NCBI GenBank assembly: GCA_002269645.1
Contig: NIVC01002123.1
Coordinates: 62,001-126,000 of the forward strand
DNA length: 64,000 nt
Source: Macrostomum lignano
Lineage: Eukaryota
Direction: 5' to 3'
The notes below the pieces were generated by a model, which saw nothing but the letters and a program-made list of their open reading frames with translations, had not been told where the DNA came from and ran no database searches. A program made the translations under genes and the position numbers. Positions 11,436-23,300 of the stretch are shown here, piece by piece. How positions within the stretch are numbered: position 1 is the first letter of the stretch; each line of letters starts with the position of its first letter.

Positions 11436-13387
11436 TGATGAGGACGCACTTTTTCCCAAATCCCGCGCTAGCACATGGGCTCTAAACTTACTAGACTACT
11501 GACAGCAGGCTAAGGGCATTTTTATTCTTTTTCTGCGAATTGTCATAGAATCTATACTAGATATAATGTTTGGTCATACTAGTAGTCATAATAACATAGG
11601 CGCAGCTTTTTGGGTCATAAATCATCGCTTTCGAAGCTGGTCTGACAGCCACCCGCGCCTCACTCAGTGTTGAGGCTGGCGCCAGATGGTCTGAGAGGAT
11701 GCGGGCAGCAGCTTTTTTCTCATCATTTTGACAGGCCATCAAGATTTATGATGTCAGAGCCTATTGTTCGTGTTCACTCAAGCGTGTGACAGCTTTGACA
11801 GCTATGCGTTTTACCCCTAAAAGTACTTTGGGATTAGCGATTAGCGATTTCTCTTCATTATCTTCACTTTCTATTTAATAAGAGCTTTCTAATGTATATT
11901 TTTTCATTAATTTCTGTCAATCCTACGCGAAAAGTCATAAATCATTTTGTTGCGATTTTGATTGATTTATGGCCGCACCTGTCATCTTTTTACGACCCTG
12001 TGGGAACTGATAGGATCTCTCGGTCACGTGATTCTGGGTAGCAACAAGCTTAGCCAATCAGAAAATTCGGCGCTCATTTTAACAAAACGGCTCAGCCAAT
12101 CAGAATCGACGTGTTCCATTATAACAAACTGCGGTCCAGTGGGCGGCTATTTAAACCGGAGTTTTTGGCCCGCTCGGACTCGAACCTCCGTGGAACCTCC
12201 TGGGAACTTGGCCTAGCTTGAGACCTCCCGGAGCCTGACCGTCGTTTCTTGATCCCCGGATTGCGACTCCCCCCCCCATCACCATCAAGGACGAGTCCCC
12301 CGGTCATCAGCAGCGAACATCAAGTGAAGAGCATCACCTGCTAGCTAACAGCGAAGATTGTGACAGTATCATCTCGAGTCTACAGCTGCAGAGCATCAAG
12401 CCGATTCGGTCACTGTGGATTACCTGGTCTCCGGCTGTTGAGTTTCTGATTGGTTGGGTGAGAGGCTGCCTAGACTTGCTTGATTGGGTGATCCCTCATC
12501 TGTCTCCTGTTTCAGTAGCTGGATTAGGCGCACACATTTGCTCATTTTGTTCAGTAGTGCTGTAATCGAGGCAGAAGTCATTCAATAATACTGCTAGTAG
12601 TCTAAAACTCCAATTCAATCTGAAGTGTGCAGTGATCTAAGGAGAAGGTTAAATCTAACAGTTATTTTTATCGGTTTTATTTCTTTGTTCGCCGATGGCA
12701 AGGCAGTTCTCAGTGGACCAATCTATCAAATCAGTGAGCAAAGCTGCCACGAGTGCAGAATCGGCGCCAGAGATGTACTCTGTGCACTCTAGGTTCGCCA
12801 AGCGGCTCGGGTAATGAATCATGCGGTCTCTGAAGTTCGAGTTAGCCTATCATCAGCGCTAGGAGAGGCTAGTTGGCGCGTTGAAGGCCAAAAGTACATA
12901 CCTTCGTATTTAGCTATGTAATAGTACATGTAGCTACCCCATAGACTCGCCACCGCAAGAATCCCCTGCACAAGTCCCCTCTGTGTACCTGCATGGCCAA
13001 TGCGATCTAGTCCCAGCAGTGTCCCTTATCATCGGCTATGACTTCGAGATTGACAGCAAAAAGACACTAGTTGGCAGGTAAGTGCAAAGCCCCTTCTAGT
13101 CGGAAGCCCGATTTCGAGAGTCCCGGTGTGGTGAGCCAGGGCGCACAGTCTGGTGGCAGCAAGTTAGTTGATCTGCGGATTAGCTAATTTCTACCTTCGA
13201 AATTCTCCCTGCTCGTCTCTCGCTGTCCCTCTCTTAACTATAGGACCTAGACTGCTCGCCACACGATCAAGCTACCATGGGGCTGACCATCTGACAGGAG
13301 TGGGGGGCCAGGTCTCTAATTGATTTATTTCTGAGCCTGAGGCCCGAAGGCTTCCCTAACAAGGAGCCCGAAGGTCGAAACCCATCA
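11436..13387 (+). mobile_element. Solo LTR copy 2 (~1952 bp), same family as 7607-9594
   Basis: TGATG...CATCA termini; its own 4-bp TSD ATTT (11432-11435 / 13388-13391); inserted within a minisatellite. Confidence 0.87.
12052..12155 (+). promoter_or_regulatory. LTR copy 2 core promoter (CCAAT x2, GC box, TATTTAAA)
   Basis: Same motifs and spacing as copy 1. Confidence 0.68.
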
Positions 13388-14083
13388 ATTTCATCCGTCT
13401 CCCTGTTACTTTTCACCTGTCTCCCTGTCACTCGCCTCCGTCTCCCTGTCAATCTGACAACGTCTCTCTGTCGATCATCTTTCGTCACCTAATTATCACT
13501 CTCCTGTCTCGCTGTCACTCTGCCCCATCGCCTGATCAAAATTCCGAGCTCTTACAAATGTCTTCCTCCAATGTGTCTTATGATCACAAGCGAAAATTGC
13601 TTGTTTGAGCATTGTTATCGACTAATAGTCATGTCACGTGGTCTTTGCTAATAGTAAAGTAGAATGCACTTCGTTTAAATTTTAATAAGTCTGCATGAAT
13701 ATTAGATATATAATTATTATCGAATGGACCATCTGATTTGCAACAGCCATCTCTAACTATAAACAGATTATGAACAAGCCAAAACAGCTCTCTTTTTAAA
13801 CATGTAGTCAACTCAACTGCCCCGTGATCGATCATCTATTTGATCGCGCCCTGTTGCCATGCTCCGTTCAACATGTTAGCAACCTGACTTTTGAAAATGG
13901 CTTGGACGCCTGAGTTAAAGCTGAATTAACCGCCTGTGGTTGGTTAGCGGACGTGACACATAAGTGACTGCAGGGAGACGCGGAGGAAGAGTGACGGCGA
14001 CGGATGGAGAATGCCCTGCCTAGGAATCTTTTTTTAAATTAAAATCGATAAACTCGCAAATAAGCAAATACGAGCGTACATGA

Positions 14084-15944
14084 GAGTGTGTATAAAAGCT
14101 GGCACTGGCACATTGGACACATTGGACACCCCTTTTTATAACAAAATTAGATATGAAAATGCAGAATAAACTTGCGGAGTTACTTTTAAATAATTAAAAA
14201 AATGATAATATTAGAAATGACATCCTTGCTTTCGTGATAGATGATTTGTTAAATATTCTTTGTATTATCCTTTTTGTACATGTTTAATTTGGCATTCGAT
14301 TTTTTAAAATAATCGCACATGTATGCAAAAACTGCAGCTTGCAATGCTATTACACTGTGATTTTACTACCCCGAAGGTTCTGTACTACAGGCGTACCGAT
14401 TTAATGCTAAATATGCCTGATATATAAATTCTTTAAAAAATTCATGCTGCAATATGCATATATCACACTTTTGACCCAAGAAAATTATTGAAAGTGGTCA
14501 ACCAATTAGCACAAAAAAATTATAGACAGGGCTGTAATGGTGCCAGTGGTGTTTCGGCACACCACTTAAATTTTTGGAGCAGTTACACTAAAGAAAATTA
14601 TTATTTTATAAAATTAAGAGAGGCTAATAAAATTAATAAAATTAGTAGGGCTTGAATTGAATAATATGCTGTGAAGACGCAAAATTGTAAGCCAAGAAGG
14701 CTAGAATTAGGGTTAGCAATTAGGCAATTAGGCGAACTATAGACATTAAGGAATGTGTAGGTATTAAATAAATAAATCATGCAGGTGCTAATAGTAGCTT
14801 AAAACCTATCACTTGGTCCCTTAGAATGCCATAATTTTGGACATTAGAATTAAAAAATAGTGTTTTACTGATTGGGAACTTGTTATTATTGGGACACTTC
14901 TCATAAATATAGAAATATTAATATAAACAATACTAATAAATCTGCCTATTAAAACTTTGTGGCATTTGTAGGATTTTAGAAGAAGGAAGTATACCCTGCA
15001 ACATACGTGCAGAATATTTATGTGCTAAAGGATTTAGGCCTGAAATAAATGACAATAAATGTTATGTGAAGATGGTTTATATGTTGTTTATTCAAAGCAT
15101 CACATAACTTTTCAGTAAAAAGACTTCTTGGTCTGTAAGGTAGATTTTTTACTTAAATGCTTGAATTTTTTAACTCATAATTTAAATGATTAGCACAATT
15201 TCTTAAATATCATGACTTGGCAAATTATTCATAATAAAAGGTTTTCTTACAAGGATTGTATATAAAGAAGAGACTGTAATTTGAACTTTCACTGAGTAGC
15301 TATTCCTTTTTTGTTGGTTGAAATCATAGAAAAAGTAATTGAACTAATAAAAGAAGAAGCTTGGAAATTATCAATTTAATCATCATCTTACAAAGTAAAA
15401 AACTTTTTGGGTGCAATTTTTTCATCAAATAATCTGCCAATGTATTAACTTTTTTAATATAGAAATACTTGCAACTTGGAATATCCAAAGTTCGTTCTTC
15501 ATGAAGTAATCCTAACAAAATAAGTTGTGGTTTTTTGATAAGAGCAGAATGCTTCATCATTTTATGGAAAATTGAGTTCTGACTATTAGTTTGATCATTT
15601 TATATATCAGGCATATTTAGCATTAAATCGGTACGCCTGTAGTACAGAACCTTCGGGGTAGTAAAATCACAGTGTAATAGCATTGCAAGCTGCAGTTTTT
15701 GCATACATGTGCGATTATTTTAAAAAATCGAATGCCAAATTAAACATGTACAAAAAGGATAATACAAAGAATATTTAACAAATCATCTATCACAAAAGCA
15801 AGGATGTCATTTCTAATATTATCATTTTTTTAATTATTTAAAAGTAACTCCGCAAGTTTATTCTGCATTTTCATATCTAATTTTGTTATAAAAAGGGGTG
15901 TCCAATGTGTCCAATGTGCCAGTGCCAGCTTTTATACACACCCC
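14084..15944. mobile_element. Non-autonomous long-TIR DNA transposon (Mutator-like; Merlin not excluded), ~1.86 kb
   Basis: ~345-bp near-perfect inverted repeats (14084-~14430 / ~15598-15944) starting G(A/G)GTGTGTATAAAAGC; 8-9-bp TSD CGTACATG(A) at 14075 and 15945; AT-rich interior with no intact transposase. Confidence 0.85.
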
Positions 15945-16258
15945 CGTACATGATATGTATCGGCTGTGTTCACTTCACTAAAATAAAAATTTTTGGTCTG
16001 AATATTCAGCGTTAAACAAATTGAAATTTATACCTTCGCTGCTAATTCAACACGATTGAAATTAAAATTGAAGCGATTAAATTAAAATTTCGAAATATTT
16101 CTCAACAACTAGGGCTTCGCATCACAAGGGTGATTCTCATCGAGAGGTTTCGGAGGTTTTGAGGTTTTTTAGAGGTTTCATTTCGAACAAATATTTTCGC
16201 GCAAAATTTTTAATTCTGCACAAAATTTGAAAGGTTACTAAAATTTAGTAATGAATAC

Positions 16259-16710
16259 TGTAACGTCGTCGCTTCTGTATTGAAAATGTTCAATTTCGTA
16301 TTTATGTTTTTTTGCAATTAATATTTAAAACTATATCTATTTTGGTCTAATGTTTGTAACTTATTTTTTAGTTACTTTCCTCATTTGGTTTAATTTTGTT
16401 TTTCTATTTTCAATTAGTGCAGTTATTCAAATTTTGCTTCTTGATAGTTTTTGTGTAGAGTCCTGCGCTCTGTGTGTTGGTCTTAGTTCCCGTAGGCTGG
16501 GTGGCATTAACATTATATTATCGTCTCAGGTTACCCTTTGGTAATAGTTGGCATTGCCATACTGCTTCTGACCTACTCACCATTATTCAGACTAGCAATT
16601 GAGTTGTTAAATTAATAATACGTATATTGGCCTAGGACAAGATCAACACTCAGACTCAGCACGCGCACGCGCATCAGTCCCATGTTCTCGAACTAAATAA
16701 ACTCGTCACA
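16259..16710 (+). repeat. 5' LTR (452 bp)
   Basis: TG...CA; appears identical by eye to 24950-25401 (the same 64-aa ORF appears at an 8691-nt offset); AATAAA near the 3' end. Confidence 0.96.
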
Positions 16711-16716
16711 TAAATT

Positions 16717-16732
16717 TGGAGGGTCCCACCGA
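16717..16732 (+). promoter_or_regulatory. Primer-binding site, probably tRNA-Gln
   Basis: TGGAGGGTCCCACCGA, 6 nt after the 5' LTR; matches the complement of the eukaryotic tRNA-Gln(UUG) 3' end (TGGAGGTCCCACCGAG) with one extra G. Confidence 0.75.
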
Positions 16733-17351
16733 ATTCGTCGAACTCGCATCAGCTCGGATTCAGCTCGCATACGGCTATATGCCATCAAGTATCTGCAGCA
16801 GTGCACAGGTACTCTAAAACCAAGTGGCAAGTGTTCCTGCATCCAACAGCGAGAGCGAGACAAACCCCCGCCATCACGTGACCGCGAGTCACCCCTTAGC
16901 TGGCCAACCAGAAGCTACCTGCCCGACTGCCTGCAAGTTTTCGTCCTTTGGGGTTGCGCGCAACGATACCCCTGTCAGAATCAACGCCAGTCAGAGTCAG
17001 CCAATCGAGACTGCACTACAAGTACAAGCGCCAAGAGACCAACTGACCAACAACAAATTGAGCTTAAGCCGGGAGGCCAAGCCAACGCCGGCGGCAACCC
17101 AGGACTACACCGAATCACGTGGCAGTGGCAGGAGACCAGCTAGGTGAGGGAGTTTTCTTAGTATTCAACTCTGCATAGGAACATAGGGCCTGTCTGGCAG
17201 AGCCAGTATAATATTTTCTGGGTTAGTCTAATTTTTCTAGGAATTGTAGTGAGGCTCTTTAACTCTGCCAGACTTCTTTCGTGTTTTTATTATCTGGCCT
17301 TTCCTCTCGCCACTCTCTGGCAAAGCAATATCTGTCATATCTCGTCTCCTA

Positions 17352-20300
17352 ATGTCCTCTTCTAACGAAGAAAGTGATGAGGCCTTGTCGCCCAATGGGG
17401 CTGCTGGCCAGGGCCAGCAGGTTTTACAGTTGCAGACAGAGAGTAGCACATCAACGCCACCTGAAGCTGGTGCCTCAAGCCAACAGGCTGCACAGGTTGG
17501 AGACACAAGTAGGGATGCGAAACCACCACATGGTATGGCAGAGCAGTCAGACTTAAGTAAGGTCCTCCAGACTCTAACAATGATCCTAGAGAAAACTTGT
17601 GACAGAGAGGCTTCCGCAGCAGCTGAGAAACTTTCAAACTCGAGCCCAAAGCTACGACCACCACCACCCTTTCAACCCCAAATGAATTTCGAACTATGGG
17701 AGACACAGTTTCTGACTTATGTTGAAGCTCATCATGTCCCAACACCTCAGCAACCAGCTGTCCTATTGTCAATGCTCGCACCTGAGTGCCAAGAATTCAT
17801 TTTTAACAACTCTCTGCACCGCGAGTCCATTCAAACTGCACTAAAAAGTCTGAAAGATCGATTCACAGATTCGGGAACAGAACACAAAAGCTACTTAGAG
17901 CTTGCGGTTGCCGAACAGTTAAACTCGGAAACAACACAGGAGTTCTTTGACAGACTAACAAGACTATCAAAGTCTGCTAATCTTAAAAAACCTACCGCCG
18001 AACCCTTGGTGCGAGCTCGGTTTTGCTATGGTCTGAGAGATAAGGGTCTTGCTGAAAGACTGATCCTCCTGGGTCAAGAAAACCCAACATGGTCTGCTGA
18101 AGATTTAGCAAAAAAGGCCAGGGAAATTGCCGGTGTCAAGAAGCTCTTATCTAGTGAAGTAACTCCAGTCATCAGAGCTGCCGCCCCTGACAGAACAGCA
18201 GAATTAGAAGCCCGAATCCGCGAGCTTGAAAAACTAGTTCAACAGAATCAGACCACTCAGTCTTCAGATCATAATTCAAAAGATTTTCAGAACTTTCCTT
18301 CACAAGTGCCGCCTGTCAATCTGGGACAATCTGGCCAGTACAAGAACAGTAGTCGTTGGTCTAAATCCCCTAAGCGATGCAATCGGTGCAGCGACCATGA
18401 CCATTTAACTGCGGACTGCCCGAAACCACCGCCCTCCAATGGGGTAGGGGCAGGTGGAAGACCAACTGGTATGGCCCCAATGATGGAAATAGGAACCATA
18501 ACGGTTTGGAAAGGTGGATTTGGCTTTATCCAGCCAAGTCAGATGCCAGACTCCCTCTTTTGCCATTATTCCAGCCTTGACAACGAGTTAAAACAGGTTG
18601 CAAACAGCCATCAGTTAGTAGGCACAACTGTGCAATTCTTACGCCGAGCAGATCCTGGTCACAAACATGATAGAGCAGTAGGGGTCTGTCGCTACCAAAT
18701 GCCTGTCCGATGTGACCAATCCTGGGCGGCCGATACTCCAGTCGAGTCTAGTATGTTTGTGCAGTTGGGAATTGGAGACAACAAGGTCATCGCTTGCCTT
18801 GATTCAGGTTGCAATGCAAGCGTCATGGGCACCAAAGTCAGAGACCAACTGATTGCAAACGATCCAATCAACAATACATTTATTCCTGCTAGAAAATACC
18901 AAGCTGCAACAGCATTTAATGGTACCTCGACACAGATTCTAGGCACCCTACACTGTGAAGTCAAGCTGGGCAAAATATCACAGACTCACGTGTTCCTAGT
19001 CACAGAAGGTCAAGTTACAGACGTCCTCTTAGGAATAGACTTTATGAGAGGTTTTAACGTGAACCTGCTTGTTGCAGATGGTCAGGTAACTGTAGCGGGC
19101 GAAGTGGTACCTGTGATTGAAGGCGATCGGGGAGTCTTTCAAGCTCGCAGAGTCACTGCAGCTTGCAACGTGCAGTTACCCCCCAGATCAGAGACCATGG
19201 TGCCAAGCCGAGTCATTGGTGCAGATCCTGGCTCTCCTGGATTCCTGGGCACCAAGCTCTTTTGTTCTGACTCGGAATTCTTTGTGGCTCATTCTGTGGA
19301 TAGTGTGAGCAGCACTGGTCATGTCCTGGTACGCCTATTGAATAGTGGCAACCAGCCGTCCGAAATTGCTGCGGGACAGGAGATCGCCTCCTTTCAAAGC
19401 TTAAGAGTTGGTGAGACCATCTCGCACACTGCTCTCACCGAGAAGGACTTCTCAGTTAGCAGTTCCAAAGATCTGGGAACCAAGCTTGCTAAACTTCCTG
19501 ACCCTGATCTTGGCACAGCATCTTGGCTAAAGAAGCAGTTCAAACTAGAAGAGTCCACCCTGTCAGAAACCCAGTTGACAATAACATTAAAACTGTTAAA
19601 CTATTTCCTCAGTGCGATATCTAAAAGTGACACGGATTTAGGGAAAACACACCTTCACGAGATGGCTATTGAGCTCAACGAACCAACCTGCCGACCCATC
19701 TCGCAACCCTCAAGACGCACAACACCAGCGCAAAAAGAATTTTTAGATCGGCACATAAACCAGCTAATTGAACAAGGAGTAATCGAAGAAAGCAACTCAG
19801 AATGGGCTTCTCCCATAGTCTTAGTTAGGAAAAAAGACGGCTCGCAGCGCCTTTGCATTGATTACCGTAGTGTCAACAAAGTCATAAAACCGTGCACCTT
19901 TCCGCTGCCTCTAATAGAGGAGTCCTTTGATAGCTTAGCGGGGTCAAAGGTATTCTCAAGTTTAGATCTTACATCTGCCTACTGGCAGGTAGGTATCCGA
20001 GAACAGGACCGTGATCTCACGGCCTTCACATGTCCCCAGGGGACCTATCGCTGGAAAGTTGTCCCATTCGGGATAAAAACAGCCCCAGCGAACTTTGCCA
20101 AGTTGATGCACAAAGTTTTCCGACCTTTATTAATGCGCGTCAGCCTCATCTACTTGGACGACATCATTATAAAAGCCAGAGACAATGACGAAATGATCGT
20201 CCACCTGGCCCTTGTCCTTTGGCAACTTAAAAAGGCCAATCTAAAAATCAAGCCATCGAAATGTGAACTTTTTAAGGATCGAGTTCGTTTCTTAGGATTC

Positions 20301-23300
20301 GTCGTCTCCTCCCAGGGCATAGAAGCAGATCCGACTAAGATCGACGCTGTTAGAAACTGGTGCAAGCCAACAGACAAGAGGCAATTACTAGCTTTTCTTG
20401 GATTCGCGAATTACTACAGGAAATTTGTAGCTCGATTTTCTGTAATCGCATCTCCTCTGTATTCGTTGGCCAAAGGGTCATCAAAATTCTGCTGGCTCGA
20501 ACATCACGACAGAGCATTTGAAGAGTTGAAGGCCAATTTATGTGCTCCTCCAGTTCTAGCATATCCTGACCTCAAGCCGTCAGCTGGGCCCTTCATCTTG
20601 GACTGTGACTCCTCGCTCGAAGGAGTTGGCGGAGTATTGTCACAAGAAGGCCCAGATGGACAAGAGCACGTTGTGGCGTACGCGTCCAAGAAATTCACGC
20701 ACTCCCAGCGGAACTATTGTGCTACTATGCGCGAACTACTTGGCTTGGTCATTATGTTAGAACACTTCAGAACGTACCTCTTGGACCGCAGTTTTCTGGT
20801 GCGTTCCGATGCAGCAGCCTTGCAGTGGCTGCACACCAAAAAACATAGCACGGGCATGCTAGCTCAGTGGCTGGCAACCATTGACGTCTACAACTTTAAG
20901 GTATGTCAGACACCACTGGAACGACTTGCGGAGTATGACTTCTCAGTGGAGCATCGTCCTGGCCGTGATCATGTTAACGCGGATATGCTCAGCCGCAACC
21001 CCAGGTTTAGGTCAGATCACCATGACTGCCCAACGTGCAGCAAAATCCCTGCTTTCCAAGACAAATTTAGGAAGTTGGAGGAGCAAAGGTGCCAGGACGA
21101 GGATGAGGATACAGACAGCATGCCCGCTGTGCAGCTGAGAACAGCACAAATAGACGCTTGCTGCCAGACGGAGCCCCACCAATCAAACCAAGAGCCGAAG
21201 TATCCTTCCGAGATTTTGACCAGCCATGAAGGGTCGGATGAGGTCAGAAGCCATCGGTCGCTTAGCTTGCCTTCGACAGCCCAGGATCCGGACCCGGAGG
21301 GAGAAACATCTGAGGATGAGATGTCAGAAAACTCCGAGAATCTATGGGCTAGAGAAGCTCAAGAATCTAGCACAGATCTCGTGAGATTGATTGAGGCCGT
21401 TGAAGGGAAATCTCCAAGACTAACTAAGGTTGAAGTCCAGGACTGCAGTCGTGAAATTCGAACGCTTTGGGCCATGTTTGACGAACTCGAAGTTGTAAAT
21501 GGCCTTCTGACTCGCGTCAAACCCGCTAAGCAGGGCCAAGTCAGTCAGCGACTCATAATCATACCAGAGACAGCAGATGTTGATGAGCTAGTTTCCTGCT
21601 ATCACAGAGACATTAATCACTGCGGAATCAACAAAACAGTCCGGGCCTTAAAACAAAGGTTCCAAATCACAAACCTCGAAGTATTCGTGAAGGGAATCAT
21701 TGCTGAATGCGAGGTATGCTGCCGCACTAAGAAGAACAAACGGAAGAATAAAGAACCATTAGAACCAATTTTATCAGGCTATCCAAATCAAATTGTGCAC
21801 GTTGACCACGCAGGGCCTTTCCCAGAGCAGGAGGGCAACCGTTACTTGCTGGTGCTAGTAGATAACTTTTCTGGGTATGTAGAGATCGTGCCTGTCCCAG
21901 ACGTCTCGGCCGCAACTACCGCCACAGTTATACTAACCGAGTGGATAGTTCGATATGGCACTATGGAGAAACTTGTTTCGGATAATGGCACGGCCTTCAT
22001 AAATAAAACGGTAGCGGAGCTCACCAGACTACTTGAAATAGACATGGCACGTATCACCGCACACAGGCCGCAATCAAACGGTAAAGCGGAAAGGACCATA
22101 CAATCAATCAAAGCGCAGATTCGTGCAATTTGCCTTGAAAAAAGAGTCAATTGGGTCTATGCAGCTCGTTTGGCCGGTCTTTCAATCCGGACGACTGTGG
22201 CCGAATCCACAGGCTGGACCCCAGCCAGGCTCTTTTTCGGTCGGGAACTTGTGCTGCCTCTAGACCTGCTGTTCAACCCGCCAAGGCACGACAGGTATGA
22301 TCCAGACTGTTATGCACACAAGCTGCACAAACTATTGGTGGAGGTATCGGCGATCGCCCGCATGGAGCGAGGTAAGGCCCAACAGAGGCAAAAGCGGAAT
22401 TATGATCGTAATACCATTCACTCCAACTTCGAAATCGGAGAACTGGTGTGGGTACTCAACCCCGACCATCGGGGATTAGACTCAGCCGTCTGGTTAGGGC
22501 CATACAAAGTAGTTCAAAAGGTTTCTGAGCGAAACTACCGCCTCATTCCCGAATTCGCTCGCATCAATCCAATCTGCCAAACACCAAATCCGAGTCATAA
22601 CATCTACAACGTAGACCGAATGAAGCGGTGTATCCGCAAGCAAACGTACCAAGATATCGCCGACCGGTTCGAACTCAGGGTCCCAGCTCTGATTCCACCT
22701 TCGAGATTAGGCCAACTGGATGATCAATCCGAGTCTCGCAGTGACTCCTGGGGTTCATCGGCCACTACCTGCAGTGAGCCGGAACCAGAAGCTGAAGTTC
22801 CCAACACACAGGATGACGAAGCGCCTGATCCACCGCACACATCAGCACCTGATCCACCACACACACCAGCGCCTGATCCACCGCGCACATTAGCGCCTGA
22901 TCCACCGCACACATCAGCGCCTGATCCACCACACACATCAGCGCCTGATCCACCGAACACATCAGCGCCTGATCCACCGCGCACATCAGCGCCTGATCCA
23001 CCGCATCCACCAGCGCCTGATCCACCGCACACATCAGCGCCTGATCCACCGCACACATCGTCGCCTGATCGTTTAGCACGAAACCAGTCGCCAAGCTTGC
23101 CTAGCGCTTTCGTAGAAGTGGCAGACTCGGGTAATCTGCAACAGGATTACCAGGTACCTGAAATTGGTGCAGAAGTGGAAGTACCGCAGAACAACACAGA
23201 AGAACAGCTGCCAGAATCTCGAGTCCATGAAAGCAGCACTACCATGCCTGCAATGGACGGCTTGCGTCCAGAAAGTCCAACGAGTGGCAGCCATTGTATT

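Noticed and set aside
7607-13387. Single TRIM/LARD element with two LTRs flanking 9595-11435
   Set aside because: Each LTR has its own distinct TSD, there is no PBS after LTR1 or PPT before LTR2, and LTR2 interrupts a minisatellite.
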